IMG/VR virus record: IMGVR_UViG_3300023296_000646 | Coordinates: 1-64,000 of that record | Strand: one strand, 5' to 3' | DNA: 64,000 nt | From: a virus | Shown: one piece after another, positions 11,301 through 19,923 of the stretch | Layout of the letters: each line of letters starts with the position of its first letter | Position numbering within the stretch: position 1 is the first letter of the stretch | The notes under the pieces: generated by a model | Databases searched by the model: none | Seen by the model: only the letters and a program-made list of their open reading frames with translations | Told to the model about the DNA's origin: nothing | Position numbers and translations under genes: made by a program

Positions 11301-14300
11301 TTGCATCAAGTTCCATGATGCCCGTAGCTTGATTACCCTTTATACCTTCAGTCCCACTAACCCAATGTAGTTGTCTAGCATTATCAAGTTTAATATCGCC
11401 AGAGGTTACTGTTAAATCACTTGATATTGTAGTTGCACCACCAATGGCAACTCCAGCAGTGAATGTTGCTAATTGGGATGAATCGATTGTAAGTGCAAGT
11501 GTTCCAGTGGTTGTTGTTGTTGTTACGGCTGTGTAAAATTCAAGGGCTGTTGCCGTATTTACTTCAGCGCGTCCGCCACCAATTAAAATTCTGTTACTAC
11601 CAGCGTCGATTCGTCCAGCAATTAATCCAACTGGTTGTTCTGCATTCGTATAATGTTGTGCCGCAATTCTAGTATCTTTAAGGGTGGCATCCGTTGCAGT
11701 GGATGTTACAATTATTTGTGCACCACGGGAGACTGCTGATTCTGTAACTAGAACTCCAGCGTCTAACGATGTGATTCCACTTACTGTTAGATTTTGTGAA
11801 AACGTTGCTTCGCCATTTGCTATAAAACTCAACGCAGTTCCAGTGTCGTCTGTACCAATGGTTAACGTTTCTCCGCGTAAAAATAATGGTTTATACGCAG
11901 ATGTATCCCTACTATACGCAGTAATGTAATTATTTGCTCCACCTTGAAATTCCAACCCTTGCCCATTGGCTGGTGTGAATGCACCTCGAATTGCTAATCC
12001 ATCACCAATAGTTGAATCTCCAGTCACATCAAGTGATCCAGTTATTTGAACATCGCCAGTAATATCTGTTGCGCCAGTAATTGATGTGACTAATAACGTT
12101 GTTGGTCCACTTGAAACTGTGATGCCGTTTGAGGATGTAAATCCCTGTGATGACATGTGCTTATATACGTCTACACCTTCTGATCCATTAGTCGTAACAA
12201 ATCTCATATATGGATTTGCGCCTTCTTTGATTTCAAGGGCAGCTCCGCTATTATCTATCATTAAAATATCTTTAGCAGAACCAAATTCTAAATCGGCTTC
12301 AAGCGTAACCTTTCCATTATTAACATATAATTCAGTTCCACTGGTATTGTATCCGATTAGAACACCTTCATCACCAGTATCACCATAAATGTCTGGATTC
12401 GTTGTACCAGTACTAGAACGTCTAAGTGCTATTGAATATAATCCAGATTGTGAACTACCATTCGTTGACATTCCCTTTGCAGTAATAGTTTGTGTTACAT
12501 TTAATGCACCACTTATAAATGTGCTACCAGATATAGTTAAACCTTTGTTTAAATTGAACCTGTCTTCTGGATTATCCCAAGTAAGAGCTACTGTAGAATC
12601 TGAACCTCTATCTATTTCAATACCTGCACCATCGGATGCTGATCCATTTACTGAACCACTTGCTACTGTAATTAATTTATCTTCTATATAAAGTTCGGTT
12701 ATCTGGGCTTCTATTGTTTCACCAAGAACTACCAGTGATCCACTGATTGTAAGAGATCCACTGATTACTTGTGCTTGGGTTGTTACAGTGCCAGCAAACG
12801 TAGTATTTTGAGAACTGTCGAAATGGACAGCCTCTGTTACAGATGCACCAGTGCCAATTTTTACTCCACCAGCCGATGTGCCCCAAACCCCACCTCTAAA
12901 TGTCCCTGTGACTGTTCCATCGTTTGTCCATAGGAGTGTTCTACTTTCTCGCAAGGAGTGATTTGCAGTTGAAGTGGTAGCTTGTATAGAACCACCAAAG
13001 GTAGCTACACCAGTAGATGATAACGTTCCTATAACCTCAACACCCGTAGTATCAATATCTAAAACGGAAGTGGCAAATCCATTAACACCGAACTTGAATT
13101 TACCTGAATCTGAGTAATCTGCCCCAATAAACCAATCGGTTGCCAACCCGACATCAAATGATATTCTTGCATCTGATGTCCCAGTTCCGACTAATTGTAA
13201 TCCAGTTCCAGACGCAGTAGTAATCGTAGTTGCACCACCAATGGTGACTGTACCAGATTGAAAATCGTGCTCACCTGCCCCACCTATTTGGTATCTAAGG
13301 GTAGTATCGGTGAAAAAGTCTAGTTGAGAAGATGCACCAGTATCGTTCCAGATGTAAGCAAAAGAAGCATCATCATCAGCATAGAAATACGCCTTACCCC
13401 TATTTCTAACAAAGAGACTACCGTTTACGGTAGTAGATCCAAACGTACCCGTTCCCGTAGATTCAATTGATCCAGTTACAACTAGATTCTGAGATAAATC
13501 AACATTACCAGATGTATCCATTACAAACCAATTGGCAGTTTCGCCAACGTTGGTTATTTTAAGGGCAGTTGAGTTTGCAACGTATCCAAGTTTGTGAACA
13601 GCAGTTCCTGCTGTTGCAAATTGAATCATACCAGCCCTAGAAGATGCACCACGATCTAATTTGATTGTTGCGTGGACTGCGGCATCAATATGTAAGATTG
13701 GTGAATCCCCAGTTAGTGTGACATTGCCATTTAATGCAGAATTTCCGTTAACTCCAAATGAGCCTGTGATTTCAGTTGCACCACCAATGGTTACTGTATC
13801 AGTAACCCCAATTTGACCAAATGATCCAGTTCCAGCAGAAAGCGCGCTTGAGCCAATGTCAATACTTCCAAATCCAGATGTAATAGAACCTGTGTTAACA
13901 GTTCCAACTTCTACAATAGCAGATTGAATATAGTGTTCTCCAGCAACATAGTTCGTGGTTAAATCGTGGTCAATTTGAGCAGAACCAGAAGTAGTTCCAC
14001 TTGGAAGTATGGCATCAACATTACCGCTAGTAATCGTACCTAATGCTATAATTGAAGATTGACCTACATACGTATCAAACGTAGCAGTACCACCGACGTC
14101 AAGGCTACCATCTGAAATGTATTGGCTTCCACTTATTGTTAGACTACCAGATATATTTATGGAGCCTGTTGTGAGAGAATTTGTCGTTACAATACCTTGA
14201 ACAGTATCATCACCACGTTTGAAATGCCACTTACCATCTGCAGTATTTGTTGAAAGCTCACCTAGCTCAAGTTGAGATGTAGTTGGTACTTTGCCAGCCG

Positions 14301-14334
14301 TAGCTGATCGTTTAAGTACGATAGTTTGCGACAT
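5389..14334 (-). CDS. Giant tail fibre protein (2981 aa) with probable C-terminal chaperone-type domain
   Basis: N-terminal fibre-attachment motif LKRSATAGKVPTTSQLELGEL, repeated GNVGIGT modules, C-terminal TKSFKIKDP...YGSVEAGEHSVSYRG. Confidence 0.85.
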   Translation of the reverse strand: MSQTIVLKRSATAGKVPTTSQLELGELSTNTADGKWHFKRGDDTVQGIVTTNSLTTGSINISGSLTISGSQYISDGSLDVGGTATFDTYVGQSSIIALGTITSGNVDAILPSGTTSGSAQIDHDLTTNYVAGEHYIQSAIVEVGTVNTGSITSGFGSIDIGSSALSAGTGSFGQIGVTDTVTIGGATEITGSFGVNGNSALNGNVTLTGDSPILHIDAAVHATIKLDRGASSRAGMIQFATAGTAVHKLGYVANSTALKITNVGETANWFVMDTSGNVDLSQNLVVTGSIESTGTGTFGSTTVNGSLFVRNRGKAYFYADDDASFAYIWNDTGASSQLDFFTDTTLRYQIGGAGEHDFQSGTVTIGGATTITTASGTGLQLVGTGTSDARISFDVGLATDWFIGADYSDSGKFKFGVNGFATSVLDIDTTGVEVIGTLSSTGVATFGGSIQATTSTANHSLRESRTLLWTNDGTVTGTFRGGVWGTSAGGVKIGTGASVTEAVHFDSSQNTTFAGTVTTQAQVISGSLTISGSLVVLGETIEAQITELYIEDKLITVASGSVNGSASDGAGIEIDRGSDSTVALTWDNPEDRFNLNKGLTISGSTFISGALNVTQTITAKGMSTNGSSQSGLYSIALRRSSTGTTNPDIYGDTGDEGVLIGYNTSGTELYVNNGKVTLEADLEFGSAKDILMIDNSGAALEIKEGANPYMRFVTTNGSEGVDVYKHMSSQGFTSSNGITVSSGPTTLLVTSITGATDITGDVQITGSLDVTGDSTIGDGLAIRGAFTPANGQGLEFQGGANNYITAYSRDTSAYKPLFLRGETLTIGTDDTGTALSFIANGEATFSQNLTVSGITSLDAGVLVTESAVSRGAQIIVTSTATDATLKDTRIAAQHYTNAEQPVGLIAGRIDAGSNRILIGGGRAEVNTATALEFYTAVTTTTTTGTLALTIDSSQLATFTAGVAIGGATTISSDLTVTSGDIKLDNARQLHWVSGTEGIKGNQATGIMELDASTTINLNQNTIVSGSGYFRTGDAGATTANTGADDLVIEHSSSGGITILTPDSNASSIAFGSPTDNTGAQLRWVYNNSVFEVGSNKVGAVTALKGDNDITNLTLSGASGAEHAIFAGSTALTGPVTASADITIDNGSGFRVGGASDTYIGEITNVAGKLTIQSDGNIDITIGDTASDIIVIDTSATHVQITGSLTTTNTATFDGNINSNSLIRAFSDGSGYAIQILENAGGGGEYWQMGVDSFGNFDLYNETTSILNIDDSTNLATFTAGITADSASFGTSTSEAGYTVNVDGGLYVSSSVGGASVFKVEGTSGSLFEVVDTFEGTLMSVNDSSGVPIFNVSSSGDIGINKPNAQYELDVNGTGSFTGDLYVSGNLSVIGDINLDDITSDTGSFGAVHTTGNVGIGTSAPEGRLNIDAGKLQFTNVGSDDDVVLIGFAEGVNFDEFELRGDFAGAGGENKLKFTTDLGGGDILTMKGDGKVGIGTSSPTDLMHVSGSGDTAISIQSADQKQWRMLTDTTGVFKLRNQSDSLNIITVAAEAEANSLYISASGNIGIGTTSPAFTLDIVGTGATHRLRLQETTDNTVNTFLEAENSDGSGAVFGIGGSGSANILENRAFLDAQSGTNGIAIGNEVANPIIFYNAGIATSDEVARFDSSGNFLIGTTSATSHADEVLRVNADTARIVNIHRSSTSGGRIQFTNTTTGTTATDGVLFGMNDDEAGQIWNSEASYINFATSDTERMRIASDSYAIGIGTTDIENWSTSFGAIEFFESAIMAGTANDSIYILSNAYYDGAWKHKGTGPSFSTYINADSEGMVWSSATSEVADANAVWVELMRLTPDGLLSGSSSSTASFGTFVGDGSGLTNVTASVGVAAGAGSNTQMQYNNAGTTDGATNLIYDNSSDFVGIRTSTPTAELTVSGSTDLSGSLSVTTTGTFGGDVTIESTKLRINDSSGIGGGNNPQVQFSDNSYNWYLEMESNDFYLREGTTDIMHVARDTNIIAFKDDVQVSGSLSVSKDGGSANESMRIRGYNSADTDITASVNASSDFGSIIEGGNNGSIVVGIRDNDSSDSFSVISGNGSYMSSELYDTLVFKVKGNGDVFIPNGNVQVTGSLKATGEIGLDNAQVLQWKDVGGTNRTTMFVSSSNDVVYKANNGEDHIFQASNAQEFFRIQDNGTSGIITATGTLVATRDSTDISTMRVGQTGTGDAALLVDGSNGDGVGSDYFSIRQNYTDLTVDSFTAANAGNVYMWAGSSTRVEQLVLNTDGTINIGGDTTVTGSLITRVTGITADTTGSIATFRGDSATPTTHTKLVVSAGVSNNTTGSRFISMNVDDHNPVARNLKIQTNGGTTEFGGNVGIGTSLPTASLQIEGATVAGGENYIHMRKTDQGAGQGIFIGQTVVNNNLRIMQHANNSITFHTTISDTQRMEINSSGVNVTGSVDINSSAGSALSVSGVDNQHDMFVVKQGSNEYIAVHTTNSSEQVVLGNTTTNPTIQILDDTQITGSLTVSGSGTSAAPTIAFGDGDTGFYESADDVLEVSIGGNARWEFGTSLFGRNDAGYPLMLNEVASSTNPVFVVAGDADTGIGHSGANELSLIAGGTQIVNVNTSGAQVTGSLDVSGSLTVEQPSGIQASVTVQAGTTNGVVTAFQNVGSGRGAISSTNASGTTDNIMAFGFGAVTAGVPSQTTFYYDQSDQAYFNGGVKSYGSQFSLQSSGSQTNHIATANSIGLTVRNMTSTAGVFSKFDGTNSSGGTSARIAIVHDDSATNEGSIEFMTRPASGALTLALTLDSSQNATFANDLTATGQVNLATDVRIEEFLYHTSDTDTNVRFRTNQMTLSAGGEVVDITNGAVGVTGSLDVTGAISGLTKSFKIKDPVKGGSLVYGSVEAGEHSVSYRGKATTDIIELPEEWAWLTHEDSITVQLTSANGPVLHWFVKVKNNKVYIDSETGIINCFYLIHAERKDVPKLEVNQ

Positions 14335-14414
14335 TAAATTCTCCCTTTATATAAAGGTATTCGTTCCTTATGTATATGACATTCAGGTATCTACCTTTAT
14401 ATGAATGTTTCACT

Positions 14415-14423
14415 TATAAATAT
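14415..14423 (-). promoter_or_regulatory. Candidate late promoter ATATTTATA
   Basis: Lies just downstream of a terminator, about 80 nt upstream of the fibre ATG. Confidence 0.6.
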
Positions 14424-14432
14424 CTATTAGAC

Positions 14433-14468
14433 AAAGAAAAACCCCCAATGGTCCACAGTTGGGGGTTT
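14433..14468 (-). terminator. Rho-independent terminator
   Basis: Minus strand AAACCCCCAA-ctgtggacca-TTGGGGGTTT followed by TTCTTT. Confidence 0.8.
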
Positions 14469-14515
14469 ATCGTCTCATAGGCCGATGGTATCGGTATGTG
14501 CCCTACGAATTTCTT

Positions 14516-14947
14516 TTAATACGTGCCGCCGTCAATCCATCTACTTGCCGTAATTGCAGATTGACTATACATAAGTATTTGACCATCCATATTTGGAGTT
14601 ATAAATTGCTCAATATTATTTGCGTCTAAATACATAAATTGAAGTACGCTATTTGCAGCATCATGAGTAATTGCACCTGTAAATAAACTTGCACCTGATG
14701 ATGTTAAAGATTGAACGTGTACTGCACCTCCAGATATTACCAATGATCCTGTGATTTGAAGATTATTTGTTGTTGCATAGAACGATCCAGTCTGTGCGAA
14801 TATGCCAAAATTTCCAAGAACAGCAGACGCATTGGTAAAATCAGCAACTCCACCAGATACTATAAGACCACCACTGATAATCATGCTACCAGTTCCTAGG
14901 TTAACACCTTCTGTAAAGTCAATTTGTTTTAGAGGTATTAATGCCAT
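14516..14947 (-). CDS. Small virion/fibre-associated protein
   Basis: GIFAQTGSFYATTNNLQITGSL and a terminal IDGGTY; composition resembles the fibres. Confidence 0.55.
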   Translation of the reverse strand: MALIPLKQIDFTEGVNLGTGSMIISGGLIVSGGVADFTNASAVLGNFGIFAQTGSFYATTNNLQITGSLVISGGAVHVQSLTSSGASLFTGAITHDAANSVLQFMYLDANNIEQFITPNMDGQILMYSQSAITASRWIDGGTY

Positions 14948-14948
14948 A

Positions 14949-15380
14949 TTATGAACTCGTTTTTAATCTAGCTCTTAATCTTACTACATCTGAGGTTTCA
15001 ATTATATTATTAATTAAAAATGCCTCTTTTGTAAAATCAATAGTAATGTTTGTTGGATTCACTTCTATTGTATAATATGATGAATCATAGTTTACAGTAT
15101 TAATAGTAAATTCTATGTCAGATCCAATATATGTAGATCCTGCGTGTGGGGTTCCACTAGTATCATCAAACGTATATCCTGTGAATACAAAATGTGGATA
15201 TCCAGATCCGTTAGTAGATCTAGATGTCGGTGAAATGGTTTTCATGCCGGCAATATGGGTAATTGAGTTAAATACTCTATGTCGAATTTCGTTATTTTTC
15301 GACTTAGGTGGCGTTGGAGGTAATCGTCTTGGACGAGTTGATCCTAAGCTAATTCTTTTTAATCCATCAGGTATTGCCAT
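14949..15380 (-). CDS. Hypothetical virion protein
   Basis: Tightly packed in the neck operon; C-terminal part resembles the C-terminal domain of the upstream gene. Confidence 0.5.
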   Translation of the reverse strand: MAIPDGLKRISLGSTRPRRLPPTPPKSKNNEIRHRVFNSITHIAGMKTISPTSRSTNGSGYPHFVFTGYTFDDTSGTPHAGSTYIGSDIEFTINTVNYDSSYYTIEVNPTNITIDFTKEAFLINNIIETSDVVRLRARLKTSS

Positions 15381-15382
15381 TT

Positions 15383-16558
15383 TTAAATACTCACTATTTT
15401 ACCTTTAATTACAACTTCGTCATTTGATGAAAGATCAAATCCTAATAAAGTATTGTCTAACGTAATAGTAACGTCTCTAGTACCACCACTAAGTCTTGCT
15501 GAGTTAATTAGTGAATATGTAGATGGAGTTGTTATTACGCCATTTATAAATATCTGATATTTGTCAGTTTCAGTAATTGAAGATGATAATTCTTCAGGTG
15601 TAGCAGACAGCTCAGTATCTGAAACTGAATAAACTGCGTCGCCACTTGCAACTGAGCTATTAAATGTAGATGTATATTGGTTGTTTAATGTCAAATAATC
15701 AAACAATCTTTGGTACTCTGAAATCATTGATACTTGAGGCAAATTAGTTCTTCCTAGTTTGGGACTCTTTTTATCGTTTCTATATCTGCTTAAGTTTGGA
15801 AGTCTACCAGAAAGTTCTATTTCTTGCATAAGCAAAACTCTCTTAGGAGTATATGACTTAATAGTATTCATCTTATTCGCAAATTCTTCAGGAATAATAT
15901 TTGCTTCTACTTCTAATGTGAAGGTAGCCTTTACCATTCTCTCTTGATTTTCTACTAATTCAGTAGAGGTATCAAAGTCACTGAGTTGTACTTTGAATTT
16001 ATACTTATCCTTTTTACCCCAGTATGAATCATCTGCAAAGTTAAGAGCTTCTACTATTGAATTCTGATGTTCTATGAATGATGTCCATACCATACATTCG
16101 TAAGATAGTACAATATGATCAGGGTAAACCATATTATATGTTTCATGTGTAGGCTGAACTCCATCCATTATGGAAAGCTTATCGTACTTATTCTTTTTAC
16201 TATATCTTTGAACATTTGAAATTGTAAGATATCTATTCAGAGATTTTGCTTTGTCACTCTTTCCAAATCCACTTCTTTTTATGATGATTACTGGAAGGAG
16301 TATTTGACCATTTTGATCTCTTAAATATCCGTCCTTTCTTGCAGATTTCCAACGCTCAGGATTTCCAAATAAAACAGGTACTGTAATTGTTTTTCCACCT
16401 TCAGATATCTTAGGCGCAATAACATTGTTCATATAATCAGAAATAGATTCGTCTATATTTTCTAGAGATCTAACAAAATTGGCCACATTGTCATTATCTC
16501 TTCTGACTTCTCTGGCCTTATTAAATTCGTTTGGATGTGGTTGTGGTATTCTAGCCAT
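15383..16558 (-). CDS. Tail completion/terminator protein (T4 gp15-like) with C-terminal extension
   Basis: VPVLFGNPERW...LPVIIIKR...PDHIVLSYECMVWT pattern; third gene of a gp13-gp14-gp15-like order. Confidence 0.6.
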   Translation of the reverse strand: MARIPQPHPNEFNKAREVRRDNDNVANFVRSLENIDESISDYMNNVIAPKISEGGKTITVPVLFGNPERWKSARKDGYLRDQNGQILLPVIIIKRSGFGKSDKAKSLNRYLTISNVQRYSKKNKYDKLSIMDGVQPTHETYNMVYPDHIVLSYECMVWTSFIEHQNSIVEALNFADDSYWGKKDKYKFKVQLSDFDTSTELVENQERMVKATFTLEVEANIIPEEFANKMNTIKSYTPKRVLLMQEIELSGRLPNLSRYRNDKKSPKLGRTNLPQVSMISEYQRLFDYLTLNNQYTSTFNSSVASGDAVYSVSDTELSATPEELSSSITETDKYQIFINGVITTPSTYSLINSARLSGGTRDVTITLDNTLLGFDLSSNDEVVIKGKIVSI

Positions 16559-17016
16559 TATTTAAATCTCTCTTCGATCTGCAATCTAGTTCTTCTTGTC
16601 ATATGAGTATCACATACAATTCCAACACTATAGTCAGTAAGTCCTCCAAACAGTGTATTTTCTCTTACAGCATTTATTTCAAAATATGTATCATTCCATT
16701 CTATAATATCTCCAATTTCTGGAAATATTGAAAGGTTGCTTAAGTGATCTCTATGAAAACCAAATACCGATGACTGACCAACATCAGGACCACCAATTTC
16801 AGAGTCGTTAGTTTCTTGATCTTCTGGATCTATGAACACATTAATTTCAGTTCCTGCAGAATAATCCTTTATAATAGATTCACCATAAATGTTTGTCCTA
16901 GTATTTTGAAGAGATATTTTATATAGCACAATTGCCTGTTGCATTACTGAATCTAGTAATTCATCATTAATGTGATTTACAAAATCAAATCCTTTTTGTG
17001 TTATGAATAATGACAT
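16558..17016 (-). CDS. Head closure/neck protein (T4 gp14-like)
   Basis: TNIYGES and PEIGDIIEWNDTYFEI motifs; position after the gp13-like gene. Confidence 0.65.
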   Translation of the reverse strand: MSLFITQKGFDFVNHINDELLDSVMQQAIVLYKISLQNTRTNIYGESIIKDYSAGTEINVFIDPEDQETNDSEIGGPDVGQSSVFGFHRDHLSNLSIFPEIGDIIEWNDTYFEINAVRENTLFGGLTDYSVGIVCDTHMTRRTRLQIEERFK

Positions 17017-17033
17017 TTAATATTTCTCAGTTT

Positions 17034-18179
17034 TTACATAATGTAAAATGGAAGTGGAATTTTGTTTAGCATTTCCTGGTGTTGTTCAGAAATTTCAGCT
17101 TGCTGCGCCATTTGAGCTTTAGCAGATACCTCTTCTAACGTTTCTCTTAATTGTTCTATCAGCGAATCCTTTTCCAGTTGAGCTTCACTTCTAAGTTCTG
17201 CACCATCTAGCGTAATTTCTCCAGTGGCAGTTGGAATTGATGAAAATCTTGATCTAATAGCACCAAGCAATTCTTTACACAGAGCTAACGAGTATTTTCG
17301 TATCCACTGCTTCCCAACCTCATTTATCAGATTATATGTTATAACCTGGTACGGAACATTTGAATAGTCACTAACCACTCCGGTTCTAGAGGTGTCCAGG
17401 ATTGCGTTGTCACGATCTTCTTTTACGATATAATGAAAATGCATTATATCTGTAGCAGTTGGCTTTGGAAATACTCTTAATTTATTATTTATGAGTTCAA
17501 AACTAAATGCAGATTTTCTAATCGTATCATTAAACTCTATTGCTTGTGCTCTTAATAAATCTTCGTACATTGGCATAAGAACGAATTGAACTGCCGGTGA
17601 ATAACTTCCAAATCCAAAATCGTTCAATAGGTTTTGAACTCCACCACCAGATGCGGTAGGATCAAAAAATCTAGAAACTGCAGGATCTCTTTCAAAGAAG
17701 ATTCTTTTAATTTCAATAGAAGAGCTTGCAGATTCTGATACTGCAGCAAATAATACATCTAAATCATATTGCTGGCTTCCTGATGTAATATCAATAGAAC
17801 CAGTTTTCCAATCTACAGTTCCTCCAGCTCCAGTTTCAGTTCCATACGCCTCGCTCAATCTAAGAGTGTATGGAAGATTACTTCCAACTATATCTGTTCC
17901 TGTAATATTAGATCCAGTAGATGCACCTAAGAGGTTTGTAATATTATTTCTTATATTGTACTGATTTACTTGAGCAGCATATTCAGATATTGCTTCCTCA
18001 AAGCAAGTATACATATGAGTATCTAATAACTCTACTTCTGTAATAGGGTAGCCTAATCGTCTACCAACCCATATTGCCAAATTTGGCGCATCGGTTTGAA
18101 ATGTTGAATCATCATCATATAATCCAAACGGTGTTGAGCCACTTACTGCCGAACCACTTCCTGGCCATCTAATTGCCAT
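17034..18179 (-). CDS. Neck/head-tail adaptor protein (T4 gp13-like)
   Basis: RRLGYPITEVEL...EEA, WIRKYSLALCKELLG.IR..F..IP...G.ITLDG.EL. Confidence 0.8.
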   Translation of the reverse strand: MAIRWPGSGSAVSGSTPFGLYDDDSTFQTDAPNLAIWVGRRLGYPITEVELLDTHMYTCFEEAISEYAAQVNQYNIRNNITNLLGASTGSNITGTDIVGSNLPYTLRLSEAYGTETGAGGTVDWKTGSIDITSGSQQYDLDVLFAAVSESASSSIEIKRIFFERDPAVSRFFDPTASGGGVQNLLNDFGFGSYSPAVQFVLMPMYEDLLRAQAIEFNDTIRKSAFSFELINNKLRVFPKPTATDIMHFHYIVKEDRDNAILDTSRTGVVSDYSNVPYQVITYNLINEVGKQWIRKYSLALCKELLGAIRSRFSSIPTATGEITLDGAELRSEAQLEKDSLIEQLRETLEEVSAKAQMAQQAEISEQHQEMLNKIPLPFYIM

Positions 18180-18214
18180 CTTATTTCCTCACATTTTACA
18201 TACTAGTATTCTCA

Positions 18215-18223
18215 TATAAATAT
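18215..18223 (-). promoter_or_regulatory. Candidate late promoter ATATTTATA
   Basis: About 35 nt upstream of the neck operon start. Confidence 0.6.
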
Positions 18224-18272
18224 CAAGACATTTGATTAAACTGTCGAAAGATAAATCTATTCAATATATATG

Positions 18273-18302
18273 TTGTACTTTTATGAAAGAATTTGTTATT
18301 AT
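18273..18302 (+). promoter_or_regulatory. Possible sigma70-type promoter for the plus-strand accessory genes
   Basis: TTGTAC-18 nt-TATTAT with a TG extension, upstream of ATG 18336; the AT-rich context weakens the call. Confidence 0.35.
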
Positions 18303-18335
18303 AGACATAACCAATAACACGAGTATGTTAATATC

Positions 18336-19244
18336 ATGAAACGTACAGACATTCATAGCGAATCTAATTTAATTCCATCTGATTATGAAGATGTAGGATA
18401 TTGGGATGCAAATCCTGGATATCCGCTTACTGAATGGGAATTGAAAGAACGTAGATGGTTTGTTGACTTAGTAATCAACAACAAATCTTCAATCCATGGT
18501 CTTGGACAATGTGCCCACTGTGGATCATACATTAGACATCACGTTTTATTTAAGCACATACCAACCGATACATATTTGGTAGTTGGTAACACTTGTGCAG
18601 AAAAGCGATTTGGATTTGATGATGCAGAATATGACGCATATCGAAACAGTTTATCCAATCGTCGTAAAGAAGCAGCACTCATTGGGAAACTAGAACTTTG
18701 GAAAAAATCAGATTCTAGAAACGAAGATGCGTACAATTTCATAATTGGAGAAGTTGCTGCAAATTTAATGATGAAGCATAATGGAAGTGCAAATTTTCTG
18801 TATAGTCTTCACGAGCAATTACTTTCAAAAAAGTATCTTTCAGAAAAACAAGTCGAAGCACTTCTTAAAATCAAATTTGAAAACGAAAAGTATATAAGTA
18901 GAATTGCAGAAAATGACTCTAAGTTATCTGATGTGATTGAAGGTTCTGGGATTACGCTAAACGGAATAATCAAAAAGGTAAAATTCGTTCCAGGATATAC
19001 TGTCAATAGTTTACCTACAGTAAAAATGACAGTATTAGATTCTAGAAATTTTATGGTCTTTGGATCATGCCCAACTTCAATTGTAAAAGAAGTTTGTGGA
19101 TACAATGCGTATGATAATGAAGATATAGAACCTCTAGTTGGAAAGGAACTTTCCTTTGTAGCAAATGTTACTCAATCTTCAGATCGACCAGTATTTGGAT
19201 TTTTTAAACGACCAAGAAAGGCAACACTTTCAAAAACAGCATAA
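18336..19244 (+). CDS. Hypothetical protein with Zn-finger-like motif and probable C-terminal OB-fold
   Basis: CAHCG..IRH...VGNTC; beta-rich C-terminus ending FGFFKRP. Confidence 0.5.
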   Translation: MKRTDIHSESNLIPSDYEDVGYWDANPGYPLTEWELKERRWFVDLVINNKSSIHGLGQCAHCGSYIRHHVLFKHIPTDTYLVVGNTCAEKRFGFDDAEYDAYRNSLSNRRKEAALIGKLELWKKSDSRNEDAYNFIIGEVAANLMMKHNGSANFLYSLHEQLLSKKYLSEKQVEALLKIKFENEKYISRIAENDSKLSDVIEGSGITLNGIIKKVKFVPGYTVNSLPTVKMTVLDSRNFMVFGSCPTSIVKEVCGYNAYDNEDIEPLVGKELSFVANVTQSSDRPVFGFFKRPRKATLSKTA

Positions 19245-19252
19245 ATAATAAT

Positions 19253-19366
19253 ATGGCACTAAAAATAATAGGACTCGTTCTCATGTTTGCAATTCCTGCA
19301 GTATGGGCTATTGCATATGATTCATATTCAGGAAATAAAGATAAACGTGATAAACCAAAATGGTAA
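19253..19366 (+). CDS. 37-aa single-TM membrane peptide (not in ORF track)
   Basis: MALKIIGLVLMFAIPAVWAIAYDSYSGNKDKRDKPKW fills the gap and overlaps the next start. Confidence 0.5.
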   Translation: MALKIIGLVLMFAIPAVWAIAYDSYSGNKDKRDKPKW

Positions 19367-19632
19367 ACACATTACTGTTAGGATTGTTTGGAACTGCAAT
19401 TCTTTTAGCTACAAGTAAAATGGGTATAATGTTATCTGTTAAACTGAAAACTAAGGGATTACCAGTTGTGATAGGAACAATAACACTTCAAATATTACTA
19501 ATCGGATTATATTCTGGAATTTGTCTTGCAGCTGGTGCAGATGAATTGATGTATGCGCTATCAATAGGATTTGGAATTTTTTTAGATGTAGGATACAAAA
19601 TCTATCTTGCACTGAACACAACACATAAGTAA
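19360..19632 (+). CDS. Small membrane protein (about 3 TM segments)
   Basis: Three hydrophobic stretches in 90 aa. Confidence 0.55.
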   Translation: MVNTLLLGLFGTAILLATSKMGIMLSVKLKTKGLPVVIGTITLQILLIGLYSGICLAAGADELMYALSIGFGIFLDVGYKIYLALNTTHK

Positions 19633-19638
19633 AACAAA

Positions 19639-19917
19639 ATGGGAATGAGCACGCGTGTGGAAGGCTTTAAAGCCAGAGACAAAAAGTGGGAAAAAATGGA
19701 AAAGGTCTGGGTTGCCTGCACTGATGCCGGTATTGATCTTCCTGAAGAAGTTGAAGATTTCTTTGAAGGTGTAAATCCTGTTGGAGAACCTGGGCAATCC
19801 GTTTCAATCGACGAATGCGTATCGGAATGGGGTGCAGATATGAGTCAAGGATATCAAGTTGAAATTGCAAAAATTCCAAAAGACATTACTCACATACGAT
19901 TTTCAAATAGTTGGTAA
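19639..19917 (+). CDS. Hypothetical phage protein
   Basis: Tight operon packing; plausible globular composition. Confidence 0.6.
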   Translation: MGMSTRVEGFKARDKKWEKMEKVWVACTDAGIDLPEEVEDFFEGVNPVGEPGQSVSIDECVSEWGADMSQGYQVEIAKIPKDITHIRFSNSW

Positions 19918-19923
19918 ATTTCA

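Noticed and set aside
178-12691. Many plus-strand ORFs of 60-200 aa opposite the fibre genes (also 39072-45746 and 57554-61368)
   Set aside because: They are antisense shadows of G/S/T-rich genes with biased codons and have no motifs or initiation signals.
1458-12771. Possible DGR template/variable repeat pair
   Set aside because: The differences are not adenine-specific, both copies are internal coding sequence, and no reverse transcriptase is in the window.
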